This document shows, piece after piece, positions 39,736 through 52,802 of a stretch of 64,000 bases of DNA (the stretch's first letter is position 1; each line of letters begins with the position of its first letter). Source of the stretch: the human T2T-CHM13v2.0 reference genome, Homo sapiens. Below the pieces are notes generated by a model. That model was not told the DNA's origin. It made no database searches and worked only from the letters and a program-made list of their open reading frames with translations. The translations under genes and the position numbers were made by a program. Location of the stretch: assembly GCF_009914755.1 (NCBI RefSeq), contig NC_060938.1; one strand, given 5' to 3'.

Positions 39736-40699
39736 GATCATGTTTAACCAACTCAATCATAGTACTGGTATTTAAATATGAAAAGTATTCTAAAAATAGT
39801 GAGTGTTTTTCGTCAGACCATACCTAAACTCTGTCAAGTTGGCATTACTGATGTTGTTCAAATTTAATTTGAGTTTCATAAAAAGGTAACTTATTCTCCA
39901 AAAGCTGACTCTGATTGTCAAAAGTTAATAACATAGTGTTGTCCCTGACTCCGATTCTCATTGTCCTATTCTCAATCGGGAAATGGAGGCTGGTGGAACC
40001 AAAAGTGGTACCATGTTCTAGAACTTTAGGCTGAGCTTGATTCAGAGCTGAACTTCCACGGCATCACAGAGCGTAGACTAGAAACGATTACAAACGGCAG
40101 AACACTATGAAGAGTTTCTAGGTCAGCGTTGCTGAGGTATTCCAAAGCCTTTTAATAAAATCCAAATAGAGTAAAATGGACTGCTTTAAACTGAATGTTC
40201 AGGACAGGAGTAGAAAGACAAGACCTAGACGATATCTTTGGAGTAGAGAAGATAATTTCACAGGCTTTTCAATAAAGTTTCTGTGGCCCAGGAAAAGCGG
40301 TGTTTGCTGATCCCTTAACATCTTGAGTCTAGAAAATGATCCTGACTACTATTGAAATTCCAGGATACTATATTTTCTTGATGGTCACAGCTTAAATTCA
40401 GTAAATTCCTTATGACCAAGTTATTTTGAATAGGTAGGTCTATGATAATTAGGTCTGCCTTAAAATCTGCTATTCTATTAAGTCTGGGATGGCATCCCAA
40501 AGAAAAGTAAATTATAGCCTCTAGTTACCATCTTGTCAATCCATATATGCAAGGCAATCCCTATCTCAATTGTTCTAATTCTTTAAAAAATAGATAATTA
40601 GTATTTTCAAGGCTAGTGTCTTATCTATAACATCTCTGGGTTAAAGGAGAGTCTAACAGCTCATGCTTCTAGTTTAAACATTAAAAAAAAAATCCTTGG

Positions 40700-41695
40700 A
40701 GAAAACCAACAACTCAACCAAAACATGAGCAAAAGATCTGAACAAACAGCTCATCAATGAATACATATTCATGAATACAGATGGCAAATACGCATGAGAA
40801 AGGATGCCCAATATCATACATCATCAAGAAATTTCAAATTAAAACAATAATAAGGACTCAAAAACACCTATTAGAATGGCAAAAATCCAAGACAGTGACA
40901 CTAAATCCTTGTGAGGATGGGTGTACAAGAATACTCATTCATTGCTAGTGAGAGTACAAGATGGTACCACCTCTTGAGAGGCAGGTTTTTACAAAACTAA
41001 ACATATTCTTACCATATAATCCAGCAATCATGTTCCTTGGTATTTACCCAAATCAGTTAAAAATGAATATCCTCACAAAAAAATGAACTTGTGTGTTTAT
41101 AGTAACTTTCTTTATAATGTCAAAATATGGAATCAGTGAAGATGTCCATCAACAGGGAAATGGATAAACCGTGGTATATCTATATAATGGAGTATTATTC
41201 AGTACTAAAAAATAATCTACCCTGCCTCAAAAATACAAGAGGATCCCTAAATGCATATTACTAAGGGAAAGTAGTAAATCTGAAAAGGCTGTATACTGTT
41301 TAATTTCAACTATCCCATTCTGGAAAAAGCAAAACTAAAAGAATCCATGGTTGCCAGGATTTGGGGAGTAGAGAAAGGATAAATTGGGAGACCACAGACG
41401 ATTGTTCAGGGCAGTGAAACTATTTTGCATGATAATATAATGGTAGATTCATGTCATTACACATTTTTCAATACACACAGAATATGTAACACAAAGAATG
41501 AACAGTAATGTCAACTATGGAGTTTGGGTGATAATGATGTGTCCACATTAGTTTAACAACTATAACAAATGTAGCACTCTAGTTGACTATAGGGATGGCT
41601 GAGTGTTTTAGGGAGGTGAAGTATGTGGAAATCTTCTGTACTTACTGTTCAATTTTGCTGTGAACCTAACACTGCCCTAAAAAATAAGTTTATCA
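40700..41695 (+). mobile_element. L1M (L1MC-like) 3' end
   Basis: gcaaaagatctgaaca; ccatataatccagcaatcatg.tccttggtatttacccaaa; ggcagtgaaactattttg.atgat; caattttgctgtgaaccta. Confidence 0.85.
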
Positions 41696-41714
41696 ACTAA
41701 AAATTAAATGAAGT

Positions 41715-42028
41715 GGCCAGGTACAGTGCTCACACCTGTTATCCCAGCTCTGTGGGGGGTCAAAGTGGGCAGATGGCTTGAGCCCAGGAGTTCCAGACCA
41801 GCCTGGGTGACATAACAACACCCTGTCTCTACAAAATCAAACAAACAACAACAAAAACACAATTAGCTGAGTGTGATGGCATGAGCCTGTAGTCTCAGCT
41901 ACTCAGGAGTTTGAGGTGGAAGAATCACCTGAGACTGGAGAGATGGAGGCTGCAGTGAGCTGTGATCATGCCACTGCACTCCAGTCTGAGCAAAAGAGTG
42001 AGACCCTGTCTCTCTCTTACACACACAC
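41715..42028 (+). mobile_element. AluJ with tail converted to (CT)n(CA)n
   Basis: gcttgagcccaggagttc; TSD aaaattaaatgaag at 41700-41713 and 42029-42042. Confidence 0.9.
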
Positions 42029-42184
42029 AAAATTAAATGAAGAAAGTCTTTGGGCCAATGAAAGAGCTCAATGAATCAATCATCTTCACACATTTCCAAC
42101 ATCATTCCATATTTTCAAATTGGTAATATGCACCAAGGGACTTTCTTGAACTCTCACTGCACACCTTGCATAATAGAAGTTGCA

Positions 42185-42405
42185 TGTGATATTGCAAGTT
42201 GATCAACGTTTGAACTCGGTGAATCTGAGTTCAAACCCCAGCTATCTAACCTACTACCTAAGTAACTTCATGCTAGATGCATACGTTTTTTAGTCTTCAG
42301 ATTTGTAGTTTCATGAGATTTCTATAAAGATTAAGTGAGATAATGTATTTGATATTTTTAGTATAGTTCTTGGTATATGCACTCAAAAATATTAAGTGTT
42401 ATTGA
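42185..42405 (+). mobile_element. MIR
   Basis: ctgagttcaaacccca...aagattaagtgagataatgta...cactcaaaaatatt. Confidence 0.6.
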
Positions 42406-42694
42406 GTGGCTAGAGAAAAGGGAAGCTGGACATAGTACATGTTTCTGCATATATCCTTCCTCCCACTCATACACACACACACATGCACACACACACACCT
42501 TTAGTGCAGGTGTTAACATGTGACAAGTGAAATCAGATTTTTCACGTTTAGGACAAATCTCTCATATTTCCTAAAAACGGGTGGTTCACATATGTAAGTT
42601 TATTCATTAAAAACCTTTATATTTTCTTTTTGGGCTGCATACTGGAGTCAGATGTAACCTACATGAGATCTTTGCTATAGAATATTAGCATTTT

Positions 42695-43165
42695 TTAACT
42701 TTTTAAAAACAGCTTTATTGAAATCTAATTCAACTATCATTACATCTATCCATTTAAAAATGGACAATTCAGTACTTTTTAGTATATTCACAGAGTTGCA
42801 CAACTGTTACAAGCAGAATCCATTTGAGAACACTCTTATTCAGTTTGTCACCAAGTCCTCTACAACCTAAAGCAAACACTAATGTACTTTATGTGTTTGT
42901 AGATTTGCCTACTCTCTGGACAGTACATATAAAGGAAATCATAAAATATATGATCTTTTGTAGCTGGCTTCTTTAGCATGTTTTTCAAATTTCATCATGT
43001 TTTAGTATGTGTCAGTACTTCATTCCTTTTTATTGCCATATAATACTTTATTTTATAAATATACCACATTTTATTTACCATTCATCAGTTGTGTGATAAT
43101 CAGTTGGGCATTTGATTTGTTTCCACATTTTAGCTATTATGAATAATGCTGTTATGAGCATTATG
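42695..43165 (-). mobile_element. Old L1M (L1MB-like) 3' end
   Basis: aacagctttattga...tagtatattcacagagttg.acaac...agatttgccta.tct.gac...gtttccac.ttttagctattatgaataatgctg. Confidence 0.8.
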
Positions 43166-43379
43166 AATATAATACACATTTTACATGTAACACATATATA
43201 TCAATATTATAGTTTATATATCTAATTGCTAGAAATCCCTTCTTAAAATTAGTTGAGATAGAGATGTTAAGTTACCTACCTGAAATCATTCACAAACTTC
43301 TAGCTAATGATGTATGTGCTATATATGTGACAGTAAAATAAATAGCCACTTTTTTTTTTTTGCTATTATTGAGTCTCCT

Positions 43380-43755
43380 ATTTTCCATAGAAGTGGAGGC
43401 TAAAATCTACATTTCATATTATCCCCTGCAGCTAATCAGGGCCATGTAAGTAAGTTTTGACCAATGGATGTGAAAGGAAGCGCTTGAAACTTTTAGATCC
43501 TGCACTTAAAGATAAGGAGTATATTTTCTTTCCCTTTTTTTTCTTCCCTTCTGCTGGCTAGAGTGTAGAAGTGACAGTGGAAATGGGAGTAGCCATTTGG
43601 GACCAGGAGATGGAGACATTTTGAGAAGTGTTAGAGAACAAACAGAAAGGTCCTTGATCCCAAATAACATGCAGCTGCCATATCAGCTCTGAGCTGCTTA
43701 GTTCATACTCTGTTATATTGAGTCTTTCTGTTCAAGCAGCTGAAACTGTTAATAA
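43380..43755. mobile_element. MLT1-type MaLR LTR remnant
   Basis: ctgcagcta...ggccatgt...aagttttgaccaatgg.tgtga; gcagctgccatatcagc; tctgtt...gcagctgaa. Confidence 0.55.
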
Positions 43756-46132
43756 CTGCTAATAATGAAGGTGCCTCATCCACAAAAAAAGTTTCCATTC
43801 TTCATGATAACCTTTCACTATGCAAAAGCTGCTTTTTTTTGGTCTTGAGTATTAGCTACTCTAGAAACATTCTCTTCAATTCATTCAAGTGGATTTTTAT
43901 ATAATACTCTTCATAGACATCTCACTTTCCTGGACCATTGTTTATCAATGTTTCTCTAAAATTTTGTTGTTTAGAATGGAAATTACACTCTAGATCAAAA
44001 CTATGAAAAGCAAAACAGATGATTCCTCTCAAGATAAGGAGGCAGTTCGATTGTGAATCAACTTATCTTTCAATCTCATGTATTTCTTCAATCAATCATT
44101 AGGCTGAGATCATATCGTACATACAATAGGATATGTGCAAGGACCTGGAGTAATCAAACACAAAAATACTCTGAATACTTATTGAGCTTGTGCTGAATTA
44201 AATATGTCTTTCTAGCCTGTACATCCACTAGGGTTCCCTATGTTTCATCAGAAAAATCAATAAATAAAAGACTTCACAGGCATTTCATACATGTAAAATT
44301 TCATTTTGTTCTTTGTTCATATGGGTCCAACCTGTTAAGTTCAACAGTTGGTCTTGAGACTTGAACATTGCCCTAGGAAAAGATAATTTTTTTTTTTACT
44401 GCCTTCAGATACTTCTGGAACTCAGAATGAATGTAGAACTACATTTCCAGGGTTGGTCTGCAGAGTAAAAATGGAATGATGTCCTAGCTCTCACCTTTTC
44501 TTCTCCATTCCTGCCATCACTGGAGCATCTTCTTGCCATATTTATGGCTTTGGACCTTAGACGTGGTGCTTGCTAGTATTCCATATTCTTGGTTTACACA
44601 TGGCTCCTCTTCCTGCCACAGTTCCAAAGGATTGGGTGCTGGCAAGGATGTTATGAGTATAGGGTTATTTCCCTTGAGCCACTTATTATTCTCTTCTGCT
44701 TAAATTTAGGTTCGTTTTGAATGTCTCCTTTCTTTGCTTGTACGTTTTCCTTGAAAGCCCCTTTGCCAATAGTGTCAAATACTGTCATTTCCAATACATC
44801 GTTCCCTTTCACTCCTTTATGGGGGAACGAGGGCGAGAGATGGTTAACAACTGTTAGGCTGCAACCATTGAAACTAAAGAAAGCCACTGCAACACTGCTG
44901 TGAAGGAGCTTTCACCAGGAGCATGTGTGCAGTGGTGAGCAACTGTAAGCTCTCTTTAGCTCTTAATTACCCCCACACAAAGGACAGTGTTTGCTCCTCG
45001 TACACATGGGATTTACCCGCCTACTTTTCATTAGTGTTAATGGGGGTCTCTATGTATAAATCCTCTTTCCTTCTCCCAGTGTCAATGGTGGAATAGATGC
45101 CAAAAGAGCTTTCTGCTTTTTCGCTTACTGATTGGTTTCAGATGAAACACAAAAGCAAATCTCTGAGCTTGAGCCCACTCATCCTCCACACACAGCACTC
45201 CAGGCGCTATTAACACTCCTGAGGATTCTTTTCTCATTTGCTGGCTCAGGAGTGGCCAGAAACGATTGCACCATTGTGTACCCCCACCCCCTCCAAAGCC
45301 CTTGAAAATCACTTTTCTTTTTTCTCATATCAACTTGACTTATTCTATTCCTCTTGATACAAGTAGATCAGTATAAGGATCGAAAACCAAAAGTACACAA
45401 AAATACAAATTTTTCCTTCTTAGATCCCACACACTCTGTTTCAGCTTCCTTCATGTCCTCCAGGGACCCAGTTCCATTTCAATGTCCTACCTCACCTGAG
45501 CCTGTTTGCTGGAGAGTGAGGTCATCTTGCTGGTGCATTCATTCCCCCTAATCTATCCTTGAACTTTTCAGGATCCTCATATTTATGTCTTAATTAGTTT
45601 CAGGATTTCTGGAATCTCCAAATCCTCACCCAAATATTTAGCTCTCAGCTTAACAGCACATTATTTATTAGTAGGTAGGAACTGGCCAAGTTTCCATTAG
45701 TGACATACAGAGTTCTCTTCGTTGCTTTTCATGTTGGCCCTAAATCACACATCCTACTGTAATGACTTTCTTTTCTTTAATTTTATTGGTTGGCTTAAAC
45801 CTCAGGATACTTATTGATGAAGTTTTTCAGCTACCTTGAGTGTAACATAGTGCAAAGAGTGTTGTTGGTTTCTCTGGCAGCAGTAAGAGGTTTCAAAATG
45901 AGAAAGAAGAAGGTCATACCAAATCAGTACCAAAAGCCCAGATTTTTTATTCTGCTACTGACTGTAAGTGCACAGTTTGCATCTGCTGGGATGAGAAAGA
46001 GACTGATGAGAAAATGCAACATAATGAAGTATTTACGATGCCACCTCCCTTGTCAAATAACAAAAGCAAACATTATTCTCTTTAGTAAAATTATTGAAAT
46101 CTAGAATGAATGTTCATTGATTTATACCAGTA

Positions 46133-46133
46133 T

Positions 46134-46167
<34 letters not shown>

Positions 46168-46168
46168 C
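46133..46168. repeat. (CA)n microsatellite
   Basis: CA run. Confidence 0.95.
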
Positions 46169-48283
46169 ATAGTTGGAAATCTTCCCCTTAAGCCAAAATT
46201 ACATTTTATTTTAACATTGTTTTTGCTTAAAGGATCTGATAAAACCAGATTAAAATTTTCGGAGATCGAGTTGCTTATTTCAGCATTAAACCTTTTAAAA
46301 TGTTATCCATAATAATGAATATGCTACTTTCCAGCTTTACCAAACACCGTTATGTTATTATTATAGTTAATCCTCAAGAAAACCCTGATATTCAGGGATT
46401 ACTGTTCCATTTTTAATAGTAAGGGGTCTGTAGGTTTTCTTGAGTCCCACTGACACACATCTTTTGTCACAAATCTATGATATTTTCCATCGGGATACCT
46501 GCTAATTTTAGTTATTTTCCAAATATTCTCTCTGCTCCATCTCCGACTCCATTCTTTAGCTGCAAAATCATGGAATAAGTAAAAATATCAAGACAAAATA
46601 AAAATGTTAAGGACAAAGGAACAGCAAAAATATTGTCTTTCTCCATATCCCAGAAACTCTCTCCTCCTCCCAGATACAGGTTTAATATGTGGCATGTATG
46701 GTGGGAATAGTCTTCATTGAGGTTAAGAGGTCTGGATGGGGAAGGACTATTGGTCCTTTAGAAGCTGTTAGTATAGACATCGTTAGATTTACGTTTACAA
46801 GGGATAGATTACTGACATTAGGTATGGCTTTAAGATGCTTTGGTTATCTGTTAATTCCTCACGTTCCAAGACTATAGAATCTTTGTATTCATTAATTTTT
46901 CTAAGAATCCAACATATTCAAGGAAGTAATATCTGATTTACTGATGAAAGTCATTTGACTAGTTTCAAGGAATTCTGAGTGCGGGCGTGAAACTGTGTCC
47001 ACCTTTCTAGGAGCACCACAATGCCTTAGTAAGGAGAAACAAATGGTCTTGCTGATGAGATATGCAGTGTTTGATACATTTTCCACCAGTGGGAGATACA
47101 TCGAAAGATGAAGTGAGGCACTTGGGGAGGAGACTCCAAGCTTGACTCAACGTACGAGGGTAGGGGATGTCATTTAGTGCTCCTGATGTGGACCCGGTGG
47201 GGATAGAGGTTTTGAGGGACTGTAGTCATGGAACAATCTGGCTGATGATATAACAGTGATAAATGCCTTAACAAAGCATGCATCTGAATTAGAAATGAAA
47301 TAATTTGAAAGTCAATGCAGCATAGACTTTAAATTGCTTTTGGCCTACATGCTTAATACACTTGCACACTCGCATAATAATTAAGCCTGGGAGTTAAGTT
47401 CTTAGAGAGCAAAGTGATCACTCTTCCTGGACAGGCAGGAAACCTGTAATCCTTATATCCACACAGGTCTAAAAAAGTAGGTAAACTGAAAGACACCCTT
47501 GTGTCTTAAAAAGGCTGAAGCTTATGTGTATGTATGGAGGGAGCGGGAGTGAGTATGTGTTGGCTTATAAATAAAACTACCTATCCCCACAAGCTTCTCA
47601 TTCATGTATGGAAATGATTAATGTCTAGGGACCAAGGATTTGCACTTCTGCAGCTCGAGCAGACTTGGTTTGATTGGATGTAGGTTCAGTGGCCATTGTT
47701 CTCTGCATAATGAGAAGAGACCTTGCATATTAAAGGTTTGCCCACTTTCCTTTTGTTGCCTCTGTTGACACCCTCTAAGGATTGTTATGAGGACTAAGTG
47801 AAACGAAGAATGAAGGTAAAACTCAGCACAACACAATAGTCTGCATCGAGTAGAAGTGCTCAGTTAATGGTAGTTGCTGAGACATTCATCAACATCACGA
47901 ATAACCATAGTAAATAGACATTTAGAGCCATGAATGGACTTGCTCAAGAGAGCAATTAAATCAGTGGCCCCTGGGCTTGATGTTTTATTTCCTTTGAAAA
48001 ATATTGTTGAATCCTTATTATGTGTGTTTACTGTAAGGAATACAAAGATAAGAAAGACAATTTCAACCTCAAAACAATGCATGATTCTGTGAGAGTGAAA
48101 AGAGAGGGAACATCTTGTGCATGAATAATAAAGAGAATAAGCCAAAAAGCAGGAGGGGACTGGGATAAGAGAGTGAATGCTGAGCCTATGAGTACACTTG
48201 TTCCAATTTCATATTCAAACCTAAAGTTGTGCTCCTCCTCCTAAATCATCTCCCAGTGATTTTCTTGCAAGAGTACTAGTTCC

Positions 48284-48636
<353 letters not shown>

Positions 48637-48694
48637 TCATATTAAATCCTGTCCCAGCTCCTGGGTAAAAAGAGCAATTTATCTGAGTTTAGGG

Positions 48695-48933
48695 TAGTGT
48701 TGCTCAAATTATGGTCCAAAGTCTCCTGCCTCACAGATACTCAGAGTGCCTTTTAAATGCAGATCAGTTTCAAAATGTATCTCAGTTGAAACTGATCAAA
48801 TGTATCTCAGTTAAGATACAGATCAAATGCATCTATTTCTAATCTGAATCTCTTGGGAGTAAAAGCCAGAGCTTATATTTGAAACCATGTCCTCAGGTGA
48901 TTGTTTTACCCACCAAAATATGCAAATCAATGG
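48695..48933. mobile_element. MER5-like hAT MITE with internal templated insertion
   Basis: agtgttgctcaaa.t.tggtcc...ttaaatgcagat...aatctgaatctct.ggg...cctcaggtgatt. Confidence 0.6.
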
Positions 48934-49659
48934 TGTGGGGCAAGCAAGAATTACATTGCCAGTGATTTAAATGAGAGTCTTGGTTAGGTATGGGGATAAT
49001 ATTTGCAGCCTGTTTTCTATCTCTATACTGCTAAGCTTAATTAAATGTACAGTAGATATCAGAAAGGGATAAAGAAAGACTAAATGATGGAAAGAGGCAA
49101 AAAACCAAAGAAATTATCCAGGGATGATTTTGAGACCTCCCTTCTTCCCAAGGACACGTGGTAATTATATGCCGAAGACTTAAGATATAGACAGCAAATA
49201 CCTAAGCACTTGCACCTTCCCTCACACCTTCAGCACCCATAGTAGTCATTACTCATAGGTAACCACACTTGCCAGCAGAGCCCTAACAGTGTCTCACAAT
49301 TTGTTCCAACATATCTCTTCATGTAACCACCTTCAATCAACTGGAGTTACCACAGGTGATGAAACCTTCATGCCATACTGGGCAGACACAATTAATCCCT
49401 GTTTCCTGAAAAGAAATAAATGGGCAAAAAGTCAGTTCTTCTGCACAAAATGTCTTTGGAGGGATTTCTGGGTGTGCTTGCCCTCATTTTCCTTTCATAT
49501 ACTTGGTGTTATAAGACAGATGTGGGGCTAGGTCCTGTTTGGGATCACATTTCCGGAAAATAAAAACATACATTCTGAGGCTGTCAGGCTCAGAGTGAAC
49601 TCTGGGGTAGGAAAGAATTCTGTGGATGGTTAAGGTGCCTCTCCTGCTAAATCTTGGTG

Positions 49660-49890
49660 AAAAATACTCAGTGTAAGGTAGTGGTCAAGAGACAGGTTCT
49701 GCTACCCAGCAGATGAGTCACATCCGTGACTTTCTGACAGCATGGAGAGCAGGCAAGCTCAGATGCTTCCTTTTCAGCCTCCTCCTCTGTGAAATGAAGG
49801 TGATAACACCAGCTACTTCCTTGATAAATTGAGTGAATTAAATGAAAGAGGGCGTAGTGGCTGCCACATGAATGCTAGTGACTATTAATT
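49660..49890 (+). mobile_element. MIR
   Basis: gtagtggtcaagag...ggcaag...cagcctcctcctctgtgaaatgaaggtgataac...attaaatga. Confidence 0.6.
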
Positions 49891-49938
49891 TATGTAGATA
49901 TACCTAATTGGGCTTCTTTTCTACATTAGAATGTTGAA

Positions 49939-50238
49939 GCTGGTTGTGGCGGCTCACATCTGTAATCCCAGTGCTTTGGGAGGCTGAGGCAAGAGGAATG
50001 CTTGAGCCCAAGAGTTCAAGACTAGCATGAGCAACAGAGTGATGCCTCATCTCTACTAAAAAGAAAAAAATTTAAATTAGCTGGTGTGGTGGTGCATGCC
50101 TGCAGTCCCCATAACTGGGGAGGATGAGGAGGGAGGATCACTGGGGCCTAGGATTTCGAGGCTGCAGTAAGCTATGATCGTGCCACTGCACTCCAGCCTG
50201 GTTGACAGAGCGAGACCCTGTCTCAAAAAAAGAAAAAA
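49939..50238 (+). mobile_element. AluJ
   Basis: gcttgagccc.agagttcaagac; gaggctgcagt.agctatgatcgtgccactgcactccagcc. Confidence 0.9.
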
Positions 50239-50273
50239 GTTGAGACCCTGGAGACAAATTAGGATATTGAGTT

Positions 50274-50310
50274 AAACAAACAAACAAACAAACAAACACA
50301 AAACAAAAAC
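50274..50310. repeat. (AAAC)n repeat
   Basis: aaacaaacaaacaaacaaacaaac. Confidence 0.9.
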
Positions 50311-52711
50311 CACTTGGTATTATTTTTATAGTTCTAGCTTGAGTGGCAAAAAGAATCTTATTGGACTCATATATAATCCCATGCCATTCATCAGAGTGAG
50401 AAAGCCCAAATATTATTAGAGTTCAAATCCAAGTAAAAGGAAAATATGTTTTCCCTGCTGAGATCTCTGGATTATCCTAGAAGGTTTTCGATTAAATGGC
50501 TGTGACCAAGGGAGGTGGCTGAGTGACAATGTCCAACAGAAATAACTAACTATATGTCGAGAAAATGCCGTGAAAAGGATTCATACATCCTTTCAGCAAT
50601 ACAGTAAAAGACAGATAAGAAGGTTGTAATTCTGACTCTTTGGCTCTCCTGGCATTAGTGGCTTAAGAGGTTAACACTGTCCGAGACTTTTCTTTACAGA
50701 ATTCCCTGCAATCAATTTCCAGACTTGGAATATGCTGTGGCACCTGCTCTGCTAGAGTGAGCATCTACTGGCTCTCTTCCGCTTCGTTTTGGGAAAGTAA
50801 CGAACTGTTGGTTATAAACTGTTGAAAACAAATATCAGAAGGTCATTGTGCTGCTAAACTTTGATATATTGAGAAATGTGAACTTTAGCAGGACTTCTAA
50901 AGTACTGTCACGCAGGAGGCGGTAGTGTAAGTGGATTCATCTATCACTGGTGAAAACATGGCACAGCATCACTGCTTGAAGGTTGAGCATGGAAACGCTC
51001 AACCCTGATTAAACGACCATAATTTCTCAAGCCTGGGACATGGTTGGCAGACATAGGAAGCTGGGGCCTTAAAATATAAATTGTTGGAATTTATAATGCA
51101 CTGTCAATCTGTCAGGGAAAAACAGTGTTGGAGTCTCTGTAAATTCACACTATCGAATAATTATTTAAACATTTTCTAAAGCCAATTTGCAAATGCATTT
51201 TGGTGGTAAGAGAAAAAATCATATTTTTTTCTGCTTTCAAAGAAATATAATGGGCAGTGTGCATAGAATGGAAATGCTTAGTGTTTCTTCAAAATTTGTG
51301 CCCGCTTTGATAGCTGGGTGATTTTTTACTAGTATTTTAAAGTATGGATTTTGTAGTTGGGATATTTAGGGATGCTGAACAGTAGAATTGTTCTTGAAAT
51401 TTCAAATAGTTACACTGCAGAAATGAAAAATTACTGGTGAATGCATTTATTTTCTTCAATGAAGAAGCCTTCTGCAGATAAACTGCACCATTTCAGTTAT
51501 TTCAAAGAATAGGAGAATGTGCAGTGAATTTATTGGATCAAGAAACCAAGCATGTTTCTTGATGAAACTGAGAACTGAGGCTTGGGTTAGGCTTGGAACA
51601 ATCTTGAGTCACATCCCTAGAAATAAAAGTTATGTAGTTTCCTTTCTCTTTTGGACTAGTTGGCATATGTACATAGGAGTAGTTAATAAATACTAGGAAA
51701 GAAGAAATTTAATTAAGACTCTTAAGAGTGTAAGACAATGAATTGCTGATGAGGATTTGAAAGGAAATTGTACAGCTCTAAGATATGTTGTCTGGTCAAA
51801 GCAATAAGTGTTAATATAGTTCTCGTTACATGCCTTGCTCAGCATCATGGAAGATATAACAATGGGAAGACTTCCTTCAAGTAACTTAACATCTGGAGAG
51901 AGAAAACTCAAGCCAATAAGCATTCGGTATATATAACTGTATGTATATGATTGTTTCAGGAAGCAAAGGGGATCACATGTATTCTAGAAAGAAAGATAGT
52001 AATATTGGTTCAGTAGTTGGGGAAGGCTCAGTGGAGTAGGCCAGGCTTTGGAAAAACCCTGAATGATGAGGACAATTTTTAAAGTTGAAGAGAATATTCT
52101 CAAAAGTAGCTAGAGTAAAATGCATATTAGGGATTGTTGATTTAACTCCTGAGGCTGGAGGAGGGAGTTCAAAGAGGAGTTTCATGAAAGATCAGAGAAG
52201 TTACAGGATAGGATGGTAAGAGTCTATCTGGATTTGCTCTATATTTTATCATATTCTATAACTTCCCTTAATCCATTAGTCCTTAATGTGCATTTTCCTC
52301 TAGTTACTCTTTCTTCACAAAGGACCTAATATATGGTCTCACCATAACTCCCTCTACACAGTTGTACAAGGGTTCCATCTAATCCCTGTTCCTTTGGGAG
52401 CCACTCTGAAAAGGATGGACTTTCTCCTCATCACACTCTGTACATGTGTCTCCCTATGTTTTCTCTCACCGTATTATGCACCCAGGGAATCATAACCATC
52501 TTTACATACTATAAAGCACCTAACGTAACACTTTGCTTTAATAAGTACAGAGCAAATGCCAGTTGGTGGGAATTTCCAGTTCTCAATCTTTCTGTAAACA
52601 ACAGAAAAGTTACATAATGTTCAGTGGATAAAGCTGGAAGTGAATGTCTTCTTCCTCAGGATTGAGTAGATGAGTGCTGCTAGATATTAGAGGCCCCTGA
52701 AGATTGGATCT

Positions 52712-52802
52712 GTCTTATTCATTGCTGTGTTCCCAGTGTCTTTTTGCAACACCTGGCACAGAGAGAGTGTTGAAAATGTTTGGTGAATGAATGAGTGAAT
52801 AA
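52712..52802 (+). mobile_element. L2 3' terminus
   Basis: ttattcattgctgtgttcccagtg...cctggcaca...tgaatgaatgagtgaat. Confidence 0.7.
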
